This document shows positions 20,835 to 30,934 of a DNA stretch of 64,000 nt, one piece after another; within the stretch, counting starts at the first letter, position 1; each line of letters begins with the position of its first letter. The stretch is from the NCBI GenBank assembly GCA_902585665.1, contig CACIEO010000004.1, positions 22,828 through 86,827 of the forward strand, in the 5' to 3' direction. Below the pieces are notes generated by a model, which was given only the letters and a program-made list of their open reading frames with translations, had not been told where the DNA came from and searched no databases. The stretch comes from an uncultured Pelagibacteraceae bacterium. GTDB taxonomy: Bacteria > Pseudomonadota > Alphaproteobacteria > Pelagibacterales > Pelagibacteraceae. Made by a program: the position numbers and the translations under genes.

Positions 20835-20863
20835 TTGCATTTATAAAATGCTCTTACTATAAT
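20835..20863 (+). promoter_or_regulatory. Sigma70 promoter of tRNA-Gly
   Basis: TTGCAT-17bp-TATAAT ending 10 nt upstream of the tRNA. Confidence 0.75.
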
Positions 20864-20873
20864 ATTTTATTAT

Positions 20874-20948
20874 GCGGGCATAGCTCAGTGGTAGAGCGTC
20901 TCGTTGCCAACGAGAAGGTCGTGGGTTCAAGTCCCATTGCCCGCTCCA
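20874..20948 (+). tRNA. tRNA-Gly (GCC)
   Basis: GCGGGCA/TGCCCGC acceptor stem, TCTCG-TTGCCAA-CGAGA anticodon arm, GTTCAAG T-loop, encoded CCA. Confidence 0.98.
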
Positions 20949-20964
20949 ATTAAAGGATGATATT

Positions 20965-21303
20965 ATGACAAATTTAGCAGATAAAAAATGTATACCCTGT
21001 GAAGGAGGAATACCAAGTTTCGATTTAACTGAAATTCACAAATATTTAAAAAAGGTCGATGGTTGGGATGTAAAATCCGATGATAATAAAACATATTATT
21101 TAATAAAAGAATTTAAATTTGAAAATTTTTTAGGAAGTCAAGAGTTTGTAAATAAGGTTGCAAAAATTGCTGAGGAAGAGGGCCATCATCCAGATATAAT
21201 GTTTGGTTGGGGCTACTCTAAAATCAAAATTTTTACTCATGCCATTAACGGTCTACATGAGAGTGATTTTATATTGGCTGCAAAAATTGATAAAATTGAC
21301 TAA
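20965..21303 (+). CDS. phhB: Pterin-4-alpha-carbinolamine dehydratase
   Basis: CIPCEGG, EEEGHHPDI, THAI.GL..SDFILAAK. Confidence 0.93.
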   Translation: MTNLADKKCIPCEGGIPSFDLTEIHKYLKKVDGWDVKSDDNKTYYLIKEFKFENFLGSQEFVNKVAKIAEEEGHHPDIMFGWGYSKIKIFTHAINGLHESDFILAAKIDKID

Positions 21304-22838
21304 TGGTTGAAATGTCTTGTTTTTGAAAAAACTAAAACAGTTTTAGTTTTATTTGCAAAATCAATTATTTCTTTATCTCGAATTGAACCATATGGTTGAA
21401 TAATACCTGTCACACCTGCTTGAACAAGTTTTTCGATACCATCAACGAATGGAAAAAAAGCATCTGATGCAGCAAGTATTTCCTCATTTTTCAATTTATG
21501 AAATTTATTCATTTTGTTAATTGCCAATTCACAACTATCCAAACGACTCGGCTGTCCCGATCCAATTCCTATAGTAGTCTCTTTTTGAGTAATTACTATG
21601 GCGTTAGATTTTACAAATCTACAAACGTTAAACGCAAAAATAAGGTTTTTCAAAGTCTTTGAATTTGGTTTGGTTTTTGAAACGACTTTAAAATTTTGAG
21701 TTTCAAATTTATTTTCATCAGCTGTCTGGAGTAAAACTGCCTCCCCATTAGAGAAAAATTTGAGATCATTAAATTTTTGTACTTTACTTGAGTCTATTAT
21801 TCGTAAATTCTTCTTCTTTTTCAAAATTTTAAGTGCTTTTTTTTCAAATCCATTTCCAATAATTACCTCAAAAAATATTTTATTTATTTCTTTAGCAATT
21901 TTTTCGTTGATTTTAAAATTACATGAAACTATTCCTCCAAATGCGCTTGTAGGATCAGAATTAAATGCTAACTTAAAGCTCTTAACTTTCTCTTTATGTA
22001 TAGATACTCCACATGGATTTCCATGTTTGACTATTACTGTTCCAATATTTCCGGGCAATGATCTGGAAATCTTTAAAGCAGAAAAAATATCGCTGTAATT
22101 ATTATAACTAAGATCTTTACCACCTAGTTTTTCTAAATTAAAATTTTTTAAAAACTTGTAAACCGTGGCTTTTTGATGAGGATTTTCCCCATATCTCAAT
22201 TTTTCTAAACGTTTAAGTCCAATAACCTTTTTTTTTGGAAACTTTTCATTCGATATATTACAAAAATAATTTGAAATTAGGGAATCGTAGTAACTTGTCT
22301 CGGAAAATGCCTCTAAAGACATTTTTTTTCTAAATTCAAGAGATGTTTTTCCTTTATTAAATTTTATATTTTCAATTAATTCGTCATACTGAGTATCGGA
22401 AGTTATAACAGTAACGTCCTTGTAATTCTTAGCTGCTGCTCTAACCATTGTTGGACCTCCAATGTCTATATTTTCGATAATTTTTTTCTGGTCACTTGTA
22501 TTACTCAAAATTTCTTCAAATGGATAAAAATTAACAATTACCAGATCTATGTTGTCATACTTATTTATTTTCATTTCTTTATTATGTTTTTTCGAATTTC
22601 TTTTGTTTAAAATACCAGCATAAATTTTAGGGTGAAGTGTTTTGACTCTTCCTTCTAATATTTCAAAATTATTTGTGTATTGCGATACCTCAATACATGA
22701 AAAACCTAATTTTTTTATTTCTCTAAAGGTGCCCCCAGAACTTATAATCTCAATATTGAATTTTTTTAAACAAATTAAAAGTTTTTTCAAATTTTTTTTA
22801 TTGTACACCGAAACAATAGCTCTTTTTATTTTGTTCAT
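21300..22838 (-). CDS. purH: Bifunctional AICAR transformylase/IMP cyclohydrolase
   Basis: GRVKTLHP, IDIGGP, YGENPHQ, SDAFFPF, RHFNH. Confidence 0.98.
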   Translation of the reverse strand: MNKIKRAIVSVYNKKNLKKLLICLKKFNIEIISSGGTFREIKKLGFSCIEVSQYTNNFEILEGRVKTLHPKIYAGILNKRNSKKHNKEMKINKYDNIDLVIVNFYPFEEILSNTSDQKKIIENIDIGGPTMVRAAAKNYKDVTVITSDTQYDELIENIKFNKGKTSLEFRKKMSLEAFSETSYYDSLISNYFCNISNEKFPKKKVIGLKRLEKLRYGENPHQKATVYKFLKNFNLEKLGGKDLSYNNYSDIFSALKISRSLPGNIGTVIVKHGNPCGVSIHKEKVKSFKLAFNSDPTSAFGGIVSCNFKINEKIAKEINKIFFEVIIGNGFEKKALKILKKKKNLRIIDSSKVQKFNDLKFFSNGEAVLLQTADENKFETQNFKVVSKTKPNSKTLKNLIFAFNVCRFVKSNAIVITQKETTIGIGSGQPSRLDSCELAINKMNKFHKLKNEEILAASDAFFPFVDGIEKLVQAGVTGIIQPYGSIRDKEIIDFANKTKTVLVFSKTRHFNH

Positions 22839-24466
22839 TGAACCCTTTCAATTTCCCATTTGATTGAGGTGTCTTGTTCACTAATCATATCAGAAATAAA
22901 AATATTCTGGTTTTCAATAAAACTATTTTTATAACCAAAATATAATCCAGTCTCAAAATCAATTTTATGCGTTGAGGATGTAAATTTCCAACCTTCTTTT
23001 TCGACTTCGATAAATATGGATTTACCATCTTGTGTTTTCATCACTCTTGCACTTGGTATTAAATGAAATCTTATTTCAAAATTTGTTGATTTAAAGTTTT
23101 TTCTTTTAATAATATTATCTGTTCCCGAAAGTTTTAAATTTGTATGATTAAATTCAACTTTTCTTTGATGATTAATACCATATCTCTTTGCATAACCATC
23201 ATGAGATGCTTGAAATGACCATAAATTTTTATTTGAACTAATATTTTTATCAAAGATTCTAAGAGAATTATTTATTACATTTTTCCCATCAGATGATTTC
23301 AGAAAATTAACAGAGGAAGAATTTCCAACACTTAGAGTGGTTTGACTTGCTGTAAATTTAGAGATCAGGTTAAGTTGGTGTTTTGAATTTTGAAAGTAAC
23401 CAGAGTTTGTAATAATTTTATTTTTATTGCTAATAAATTCAAATGATAACGCACCAGATTGGTAATCTTTAGAATATTTTCTTTCAGGTGAGGGTCCGAG
23501 ATCAGCAGCTAATACAAAATTTTTATTTTTTAATAGTAAATATCCACCCACCTCATCTAAATCATTTTTGAAATTATATCCTAATTTTTTTATCTGAATT
23601 TCAAGATTTGCATCTTTAAAATTATGATTTCCATTAAATAAAAAATTATTACTAATATTTTTATTTGTTAAGGTAAATGCTTGACCCAAATAATAAATAA
23701 TTTCGTCTAAATAATCACTAATTTCATTTTGTGACTCTTTAAGCCATTCTCTTATTAAAATAAAATACTTTAGATAAAAATTTAATTGCCTCAAATTTCT
23801 GGTTTTAGGAAATCCATCTTTATCAAAAGAAACTTTAATAATCTTTTTTAATAAATCAAATCCGTAATCCAAAAAATATTTTTCATTATAAGCGATACCA
23901 GTTAATATTATTGCAGAACAACCAATCATTTTATTATCAATCCATTGAGACTGTTTTATTTCATTAATTAAGTGATTAACTTGTTTTTTAATAATCCAAT
24001 CAAATTTCTCTTTGTAATTATCATCGGAGTCCTCGTAGGTAATTTTTGCGTTTGAAATCCACGAGATAATTCTTTTAGATAATATATCTACTTCCCAAGT
24101 TAAATTATTATAATTATGATTTTTATTGATCCATTCAGCAATTGTGGATTGAACATCCTTTTTTGGAGAATTTAAATCAAGTGTAAATAGCCAAAAAAAA
24201 CTATTTAAGTTAATAAAATCTTTGTTATTTATATTCTTTCTTAACCAGATTTTATCAAGTGAAAGATCACTAATATTATTTTTTTCCTTTTTAACTTTTA
24301 CAATACACTCCAATAGGCTTGGGCTTGGTTTGTATTTAAGATTATTTTTTTTTACCCTAGAAATTTTCTTATTATATATTTTTGAATTTAAATAAAATTC
24401 TCTTAATTTGTTATAAATAAAAAAGAAAAATTGATTTACGTAAATCAATGAATTTTTCAAAATCAT
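22835..24466 (-). CDS. Heparinase II/III family protein
   Basis: GALSFEF, ITNSG, ASHDGY, RFHL; usual neighbour of purH in Alphaproteobacteria. Confidence 0.82.
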   Translation of the reverse strand: MILKNSLIYVNQFFFFIYNKLREFYLNSKIYNKKISRVKKNNLKYKPSPSLLECIVKVKKEKNNISDLSLDKIWLRKNINNKDFINLNSFFWLFTLDLNSPKKDVQSTIAEWINKNHNYNNLTWEVDILSKRIISWISNAKITYEDSDDNYKEKFDWIIKKQVNHLINEIKQSQWIDNKMIGCSAIILTGIAYNEKYFLDYGFDLLKKIIKVSFDKDGFPKTRNLRQLNFYLKYFILIREWLKESQNEISDYLDEIIYYLGQAFTLTNKNISNNFLFNGNHNFKDANLEIQIKKLGYNFKNDLDEVGGYLLLKNKNFVLAADLGPSPERKYSKDYQSGALSFEFISNKNKIITNSGYFQNSKHQLNLISKFTASQTTLSVGNSSSVNFLKSSDGKNVINNSLRIFDKNISSNKNLWSFQASHDGYAKRYGINHQRKVEFNHTNLKLSGTDNIIKRKNFKSTNFEIRFHLIPSARVMKTQDGKSIFIEVEKEGWKFTSSTHKIDFETGLYFGYKNSFIENQNIFISDMISEQDTSIKWEIERVQ

Positions 24467-25125
24467 TTTAAGTTTTTTAACAAATCTATATTTTTTTTTA
24501 TATCACCTTGATTATCTTTAAAAATTGTTGTTCCAGAGACCAAAATATCCGCACCAGCATCTATTACACTTTTTGAATTCTCAAAGTTTATTCCTCCATC
24601 AACTTCGATTTGAAAATTATAACTATTCTCTATTTTAATTTTATTAAGGTTTTTAATTTTATCTAACACCTCTGGAATAAATTTTTGACCTCCAAACCCT
24701 GGAAATACAGACATGACCAGAACAAGATCTATATCGGGTAAAAAATTATTTATTGTCTTTAAAGGTACGTCAGGATTAATTGATAAACCTACTTTGTTAT
24801 TCAGGCTTTTGATGAGTTTTATAGAATCTTTTACGTTATCAGTGGTCTCTGGATGAATAGTTATAATATCTGAACCTGCTTCCGCGAAATTTTTAATATA
24901 TTTGTGCACAGGAGATATCATTAAGTGAACATCAAATGGAAGCTTAGTATAGTTTCTCAGGGTTTTAATTACCGGGGGTCCGATAGTCAAGTTAGGAACA
25001 AAATGACCATCCATAACATCTACATGTATCATATCTGCACCACCCTTCTCTAAGCGGCTAATTTCCTCTCCAAGTTGGCTAAAATCAGCTGCGAGAATAG
25101 ATGGTGAAATTTGAATTTTTTTCAT
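24463..25125 (-). CDS. rpe: Ribulose-phosphate 3-epimerase
   Basis: SPSIL, HVDVMDGHFVPN, PGFGGQ, VDGG. Confidence 0.98.
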   Translation of the reverse strand: MKKIQISPSILAADFSQLGEEISRLEKGGADMIHVDVMDGHFVPNLTIGPPVIKTLRNYTKLPFDVHLMISPVHKYIKNFAEAGSDIITIHPETTDNVKDSIKLIKSLNNKVGLSINPDVPLKTINNFLPDIDLVLVMSVFPGFGGQKFIPEVLDKIKNLNKIKIENSYNFQIEVDGGINFENSKSVIDAGADILVSGTTIFKDNQGDIKKNIDLLKNLK

Positions 25126-25170
25126 TAAATACTTTAAGATACTACTATCAATAAAGTTTTTTAATTTGAA

Positions 25171-25521
25171 TTAATTTTTTCCAAAAATTTGGTAAATCTG
25201 TATTGCAATTTCACTTTCTAATGGAAAAGATAGCATACCCATGACAGAATAACCCATCAGATAAGGCATAAGATAAAACCTAAACATATAAAAAAACCAG
25301 GCGACATATAGTGGAACAAGAGGTTTTATAATAAAAGATGGTGTAATTACTCTAAATGAATTTATTAAAGGATCAGTTAACTTAACAAAGACTTTCATAA
25401 AGAAAAAATTCGAATCTTCTCTTTGAAAAATATTCATTGCAACTCTTCCAATCAAAGTCCACATAATCATACCCATTATGTAGTCAACTAGATAAACAAG
25501 TGGATGAAAATTCGCAGACAT
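25171..25521 (-). CDS. Small membrane protein (YggT-like) downstream of the symporter
   Basis: Hydrophobic; LTDP motif like YggT. Confidence 0.6.
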   Translation of the reverse strand: MSANFHPLVYLVDYIMGMIMWTLIGRVAMNIFQREDSNFFFMKVFVKLTDPLINSFRVITPSFIIKPLVPLYVAWFFYMFRFYLMPYLMGYSVMGMLSFPLESEIAIQIYQIFGKN

Positions 25522-25534
25522 TTTTTTGATTAGA

Positions 25535-25562
25535 TCGAGGGGCGAAAAATTTCGCCCCTTGA
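25535..25562. terminator. GC-rich stem-loop downstream of the actP-like gene (terminator or mRNA stabiliser)
   Basis: TCGAGGGGCGAAA-AA-TTTCGCCCCTTGA; no U-tract follows on the minus (sense) strand. Confidence 0.6.
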
Positions 25563-25573
25563 GAAAAAATTAT

Positions 25574-27394
25574 TTAGTGTTGTTTACCAAGTACTGTTTT
25601 ACCACTAGGTACACGCACTTCATCAACCATTTTTTGTGTAGCTGAGTCAGGCGCTTTAGTAATTAAGCTCACTACTATCATTGAGACTAAACTTACTAAT
25701 GATCCAACAATACCAAATGTTAACTGAGTTATACCCCAGAATCCTGCTCCACCAGTACGTACCCAAATTAGATACGCAGTTCCTGAAGCCAGACCTAGAA
25801 GCATCCCTGCCACTGCACCTTGTGCATTTGCTCTCTTCCACCATACACCAAGTACAAGTGGGAAGAACAACCCTGACATTGCAAAGTCAAAAGCCCATAT
25901 GACCGAACCTAAGATACCTTGAATTTCAAGTGCAGCAATTGTTGCTCCAGCAAAACCGATTACTACAAGAAGTACCCTTGCAACAATCAATCTTTTAGCA
26001 GTTTCTGCTTTAGGGTCTATGATTTTGTAATATAAATCATGAGACAAAGCATTTGCGATTGCTAAAACAAGACCGTCAGCTGTTGACATGGCAGCCGCCA
26101 TACCACCTGCTGCAACCAATCCTGAAATTACATAAGGCAATCCTGCTATCTCTGGAGTTGCTAATACAACGGCTTTACCACCCATGAAAAACTCGTTTAA
26201 CTCGAGAGTTCCATTTCCATTAAAGTCGCTTATAAACATTAAGTTTGCTTGGTTCCAGTTTTGATACCAATCTATAGCTTGCACTTCTGCGATTGATTTA
26301 CCTATAATTCCAGTTGGAAGTGTAGGATCCATCAAAGACAGTTTTGATAATGTAGCTAACATCGGTGCAGAACAATACAGTAGGAATATAAAGAATAATG
26401 ACCAACCTACAGATCTTCTCGCTGCTTTTACGCTCGGCGTAGTAAAGTATCTCATCATTACGTGAGGTAATGAAGCAGTTCCGGCCATCATACAAACTGC
26501 TAATGAGATAAACTTCCAAGGCGTTGTGTTAACTTCAGAGTGTGCTTTTGTGATACCAGCTAAACCTTTTGGCACTGTAGCTAAATCAGCAGCAGAATTT
26601 TTGACAGTTCCAAGTCCGAATTGAGACTCTAACTCTGCAATCCTTGCTACTTCATCTGCTAACATTAGGTGTGGGAATACCCCTGCACCCATTTTGTTGC
26701 TTATCCAGAAAACAGGTAACAAGTAAGCTATAATCAATACAATGTACTGAGCTACTTGCGTCCATGTAACTGCTCTCATTCCACCTAGCATTGAGCAAAG
26801 TAAAATACTTGCTAAACCAACATAAACAGCAATTCCAAATGGAATATCTAATGCTACTGATGCAATAGTACCGGTCGCATTAATTTGTGCTGTAACGTAA
26901 GTGAATGAAGCAACTGTTAAAACTAGAACAGCACAAAGTCTTGCGACGTTACCACCGTATCTAGTACCAATAAAGTCTGGAACAGTGTAGCATCCAAACT
27001 TTCTCAAGTATGGTGCTAGTAGTGATGCAACTAAAACGTAACCACCAGTCCAACCAACTAGTAATGCCATGTAGCCATAACCTTTGAAATATATTCCTCC
27101 AGCCATAGCAACAAACGATGCACCTGACATCCAGTCAGCCGCAGTCGCCATTCCATTAAATACAGTTGGTACTTGTCGACCTGCTACATAGTATGCGTCA
27201 ACTTGAATTGTTCGAGACAGGTAACCAATTATAGCATAGATCGCCACTGTAAATGATACGAAAAATATTCCAATCATTTTAGCAGTCATTCCAGCTTGTT
27301 CAGCTATTGCCATCAAAATTATAAATACTAGAAATCCTCCAGTATATATTCCATAAACTTTGGGCAAGTTATCTATAAATTTACCTTTAATCAT
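25574..27394 (-). CDS. actP: Sodium:solute symporter, ActP/VC_2705 family (acetate/monocarboxylate)
   Basis: NGMATAADWMSGASF, GTASLPHV.MRY; paired with a DUF4212 gene; near acs. Confidence 0.85.
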   Translation of the reverse strand: MIKGKFIDNLPKVYGIYTGGFLVFIILMAIAEQAGMTAKMIGIFFVSFTVAIYAIIGYLSRTIQVDAYYVAGRQVPTVFNGMATAADWMSGASFVAMAGGIYFKGYGYMALLVGWTGGYVLVASLLAPYLRKFGCYTVPDFIGTRYGGNVARLCAVLVLTVASFTYVTAQINATGTIASVALDIPFGIAVYVGLASILLCSMLGGMRAVTWTQVAQYIVLIIAYLLPVFWISNKMGAGVFPHLMLADEVARIAELESQFGLGTVKNSAADLATVPKGLAGITKAHSEVNTTPWKFISLAVCMMAGTASLPHVMMRYFTTPSVKAARRSVGWSLFFIFLLYCSAPMLATLSKLSLMDPTLPTGIIGKSIAEVQAIDWYQNWNQANLMFISDFNGNGTLELNEFFMGGKAVVLATPEIAGLPYVISGLVAAGGMAAAMSTADGLVLAIANALSHDLYYKIIDPKAETAKRLIVARVLLVVIGFAGATIAALEIQGILGSVIWAFDFAMSGLFFPLVLGVWWKRANAQGAVAGMLLGLASGTAYLIWVRTGGAGFWGITQLTFGIVGSLVSLVSMIVVSLITKAPDSATQKMVDEVRVPSGKTVLGKQH

Positions 27395-27657
27395 TAGTCA
27401 TCCTCTCTTTCAGTAAAGCCGAACTCTTCATCAATCTTTTCTTGTCTTCCAGCAAACCAAAAAATTAATATTACAAAGATTCCTAAAGAACCTTGACATG
27501 TCATGTAATAAGATAATGGATATCCAAAAGGTCTAATTGATGATGCTTCCATTTCGGCACCGAAGAAAAAGATGCCAATTGAGAATACAAACCATATTGC
27601 TAAAGTAATAAACAGCAAATTTCTGGTCTTTTCCCAATGTTGTTGTTGTTTTGACAT
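27394..27657 (-). CDS. DUF4212 small subunit of solute symporter
   Basis: HW..T, FGYPLSYY..QGS, IDEEFG; strong SD GGGAGGG. Confidence 0.85.
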   Translation of the reverse strand: MSKQQQHWEKTRNLLFITLAIWFVFSIGIFFFGAEMEASSIRPFGYPLSYYMTCQGSLGIFVILIFWFAGRQEKIDEEFGFTEREDD

Positions 27658-27776
27658 TTTTTTCCCTCCCTATAGGTTAAAAAAAACAATGATTACCCAT
27701 AATGATGAATATTGGAACCCCTAAAATTGTCGAAAATCGGCAATTTTTGTACTATATTACAACTTTTGGTATATAA

Positions 27777-28403
27777 ATGGTGCTCAAATACAAATTCAAT
27801 CTAAAAGATATATCTCTAGAAGATTTTAGGGTTTACTTCTTTGCTTTATTTAAGGCCTTAATTCCAAAAAAAAAAATAAAAAATATTAGTGATCTAGAAA
27901 AGTTTATTCAAAAAAAATCTGCATGGGTAACACAAGTAACATTGTACAGTTACCTCAAAACAAGAATGGGTACTAAATATGTACTTCATTTTGATAATGA
28001 AATACTTTTATCATCAATTAATAAAGCAAAGTGGAATATTTATATTGTTGCACTTCAAGATTTAACTTTTTATAGTTTTTCTTACATCAGAAATTTTTTT
28101 AATTACCAAGATGTTGAGAAATCAAAAGATATTTTTTTTTCTATATTGGAAAATGAAAAAAAAAATGGAATGCCAGAAGAAATTATAATTGAGGCAAAAA
28201 AAACATTTGCTGAAAGATTTTCAAAAATTAGTTGGGATCAACACTATAATTCACTTCCATTTAATGATAGCGCATTAGCATTATACAAGTGGGCCCCTAT
28301 TGCAGATGAGTTAAAAAAATTAGATAGAAAGATTGTTTTAAATTCCATGATTTTAAAATGGGATAATATTAAGGAAGAGTTTCAAAAGCTAATTGACTTT
28401 TAA
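27777..28403 (+). CDS. Conserved hypothetical protein
   Basis: 208-aa ORF between the symporter operon and acs; no motif I can assign. Confidence 0.7.
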   Translation: MVLKYKFNLKDISLEDFRVYFFALFKALIPKKKIKNISDLEKFIQKKSAWVTQVTLYSYLKTRMGTKYVLHFDNEILLSSINKAKWNIYIVALQDLTFYSFSYIRNFFNYQDVEKSKDIFFSILENEKKNGMPEEIIIEAKKTFAERFSKISWDQHYNSLPFNDSALALYKWAPIADELKKLDRKIVLNSMILKWDNIKEEFQKLIDF

Positions 28404-30460
28404 GTATTTTTTCTCTCACTTACCAAGTTCTTTACTACACTAGGGTCTGCAAGAGTAGTTGTATCACCCAACTGATCGTATTCATTAGCTGCAATTTTTC
28501 TTAAAATTCTTCTCATAATTTTACCAGATCTAGTTTTTGGAAGTGCTGGTGCAAATTGTATAAAGTCTGGGTAAGCATGCTTCCCAACTGTACTTTTTAC
28601 ATGAAGTTTTAAATCTCTCTCGAGATCCATGTTTGGGCTCTCTCCAGAATTTAAAGTTACATAACAATATAAACCATTTCCTTTTATGTCATGTGGATAT
28701 CCAACAACTGCAGCCTCAGCAACTTTTGGGTGTTTAACGAAAGCGCTTTCAATTTCAGCAGTCCCTAGATTATGTCCTGATACAATTATTACATCATCTA
28801 CTCGTCCAGTAATCCAATAGTAACCATCTTTATCTCTTCTGCACCCATCTCCGGTAAAATACTTTCCATCAAATTGAGAAAAATATGTATCTATAAACCT
28901 TTGGTGATCTCCATAAACTGTTCTCATTTGACCCGGCCATGATTGTGCAATACATAATCTTCCCTGTCCTTGTCCCTTAATAACTGATCCGTTTTTATCG
29001 ACTATTACTGGTTTAATTCCATAAAAAGGTTTGGTCGCAGAGCCAGGTTTCAAATCAATTGCACCAGTTTGAGGACTTATTAAAATACCTCCAGTTTCAG
29101 TTTGCCACCATGTATCAACAATTGGACATCTAGAATCACCTACTGTTTTATAATACCACTCCCATGCCTGAGGATTTATTGGTTCACCAACTGTACCAAG
29201 CAGTTTCAGAGATTTACGGGATGTTTTTTTGACCAGTTTATCACCCTCTTTCATCAATGCTCTTATTGCAGTTGGGGCAGTATAAAAAATATTTACTTTA
29301 TATTTATCGATGATCTGCCACCATCTGGAAGCATCTGGATACGTCGGCACACCTTCAAACATAACTGTTGTGGCACAATTAGAAAGTGGTCCATAAATTA
29401 TGTAACTGTGTCCTGTAATCCATCCTATGTCAGCGCTACAAAAATAAATATCTTTTGGTTTATAATTAAATATATATTGATGTGTCATTGAAGCATAAAC
29501 CATATAACCACCCGTAGTATGAAGTACACCTTTTGGTTTTCCAGTCGAACCAGATGTGTAGAGAATAAATAGAGGATCTTCAGCATTCATTTCCTCTGGT
29601 TCACAGTTAGCCGAAACATTTTTAATCATTTCGTGGTACCAAACATCTCTGCTTTCATCCCAATTTATTCTGTTTCCAGTTCTTTTAACCACAATACATT
29701 TTTTTACCCTAGGGCATTCGACTAAAGCTTCATCTGTAATTGATTTAAGATGTATTATTTTTCCAGATCTTACCCCTTCATCTGCAGTTATGACATAATC
29801 TGACTCACAATCATTTATTCTTGTTGCAATACTATCAGGAGAAAATCCACCAAATATTATTGAATGTATTGCACCAATCCTAGCACAAGCCAACATTGTG
29901 TAAGCAAGTTCAGGTATCATTGTTAAATAAATTGTAACTCTATCACCTTTTTTAACACCAAGTTCCTTAAGTCCATTGGCAGCTTTTGAAACTTCATTAT
30001 GTAATTGTTTATAAGAAATTTTTTTTTGAATTTTAGGATCATCGCCGACCCAAATTATTGCGGTCTTATCCTTATTTTTCTTCAAATGTCTATCAATACA
30101 ATTGGCAGAAGCATTAAGGGTTCCATCATAATACCATTTTATATGAACATCTGATTTGCTATATTTTACGTCCTTTATTTTCGAATAAGGTTTAATCCAA
30201 GTAATTCTTTTGCCCTCTTTTTTCCAAAAACTTTCGTTATCTTTTAATGACTGTTTATATTTTTTTTCATATTCTGATTTACTTATTGAAGATTTTTTGA
30301 CCCAATCAGTTTTTACTTTATAAATAGTCTCTTTAAGATCATCGGCTTTTTGAATCTTACTAGAACTGGCTTTTTTTTTTGTTTTAGAAATTATTTTTCT
30401 TTTACTTTTTTTCTTTTTATTTGATTTTGACTTTTTCTTTTTCTTCTTTTTTTTTGGCAT
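28400..30460 (-). CDS. acs: Acetyl-CoA synthetase with Lys-rich N-terminal extension
   Basis: [37 protein letters not shown]. Confidence 0.97.
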   Translation of the reverse strand: MPKKKKKKKKSKSNKKKKSKRKIISKTKKKASSSKIQKADDLKETIYKVKTDWVKKSSISKSEYEKKYKQSLKDNESFWKKEGKRITWIKPYSKIKDVKYSKSDVHIKWYYDGTLNASANCIDRHLKKNKDKTAIIWVGDDPKIQKKISYKQLHNEVSKAANGLKELGVKKGDRVTIYLTMIPELAYTMLACARIGAIHSIIFGGFSPDSIATRINDCESDYVITADEGVRSGKIIHLKSITDEALVECPRVKKCIVVKRTGNRINWDESRDVWYHEMIKNVSANCEPEEMNAEDPLFILYTSGSTGKPKGVLHTTGGYMVYASMTHQYIFNYKPKDIYFCSADIGWITGHSYIIYGPLSNCATTVMFEGVPTYPDASRWWQIIDKYKVNIFYTAPTAIRALMKEGDKLVKKTSRKSLKLLGTVGEPINPQAWEWYYKTVGDSRCPIVDTWWQTETGGILISPQTGAIDLKPGSATKPFYGIKPVIVDKNGSVIKGQGQGRLCIAQSWPGQMRTVYGDHQRFIDTYFSQFDGKYFTGDGCRRDKDGYYWITGRVDDVIIVSGHNLGTAEIESAFVKHPKVAEAAVVGYPHDIKGNGLYCYVTLNSGESPNMDLERDLKLHVKSTVGKHAYPDFIQFAPALPKTRSGKIMRRILRKIAANEYDQLGDTTTLADPSVVKNLVSERKNT

Positions 30461-30470
30461 AATATTTTTA

Positions 30471-30887
30471 TTAGTTAATTCTACCCATCTTCAAAATAAT
30501 TTTCCAGCTTTTAGTATTAATAGGCATGACTGATAATCTGCTCTGTTTAATCAAAGCTAGGTCTTTAAGATCCTTGTTTTTCTTAATGTTTTCAAGACTG
30601 ACAGGATATTTAAATTTCTTTTCAAATTTTACTTGAATAGCAACAAATCGTTTCCCTTTATCAGTTGGATCTAAAAAAGCTTCTTTTATTACTTTTACAA
30701 TTCCAACAATTTCCTTCCCAATATTAGAATGATAAAAAAAACACATATCACCCAATTTCATTTGCTTTAAGTTATTACAAGCTTGATAATTTCTTACTCC
30801 ATCCCACATAGCTCCTTTGAAACCAACTTTTTTTTGTTGATCAATCGACCAAACATCTGGCTCGGATTTTAGTAACCAATATTTCAT
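30471..30887 (-). CDS. EVE domain protein
   Basis: [27 protein letters not shown]; start set at MKYW. Confidence 0.93.
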   Translation of the reverse strand: MKYWLLKSEPDVWSIDQQKKVGFKGAMWDGVRNYQACNNLKQMKLGDMCFFYHSNIGKEIVGIVKVIKEAFLDPTDKGKRFVAIQVKFEKKFKYPVSLENIKKNKDLKDLALIKQSRLSVMPINTKSWKIILKMGRIN

Positions 30888-30934
30888 AATTTTAAAATAT
30901 ATAAAATGGAATTTTATTTGTATATTATAAATTA

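Noticed and set aside
20874-21303. tRNA-Gly as an island integration site
   Set aside because: No integrase, I noticed no duplicated tRNA 3' end, and core genes flank both sides.
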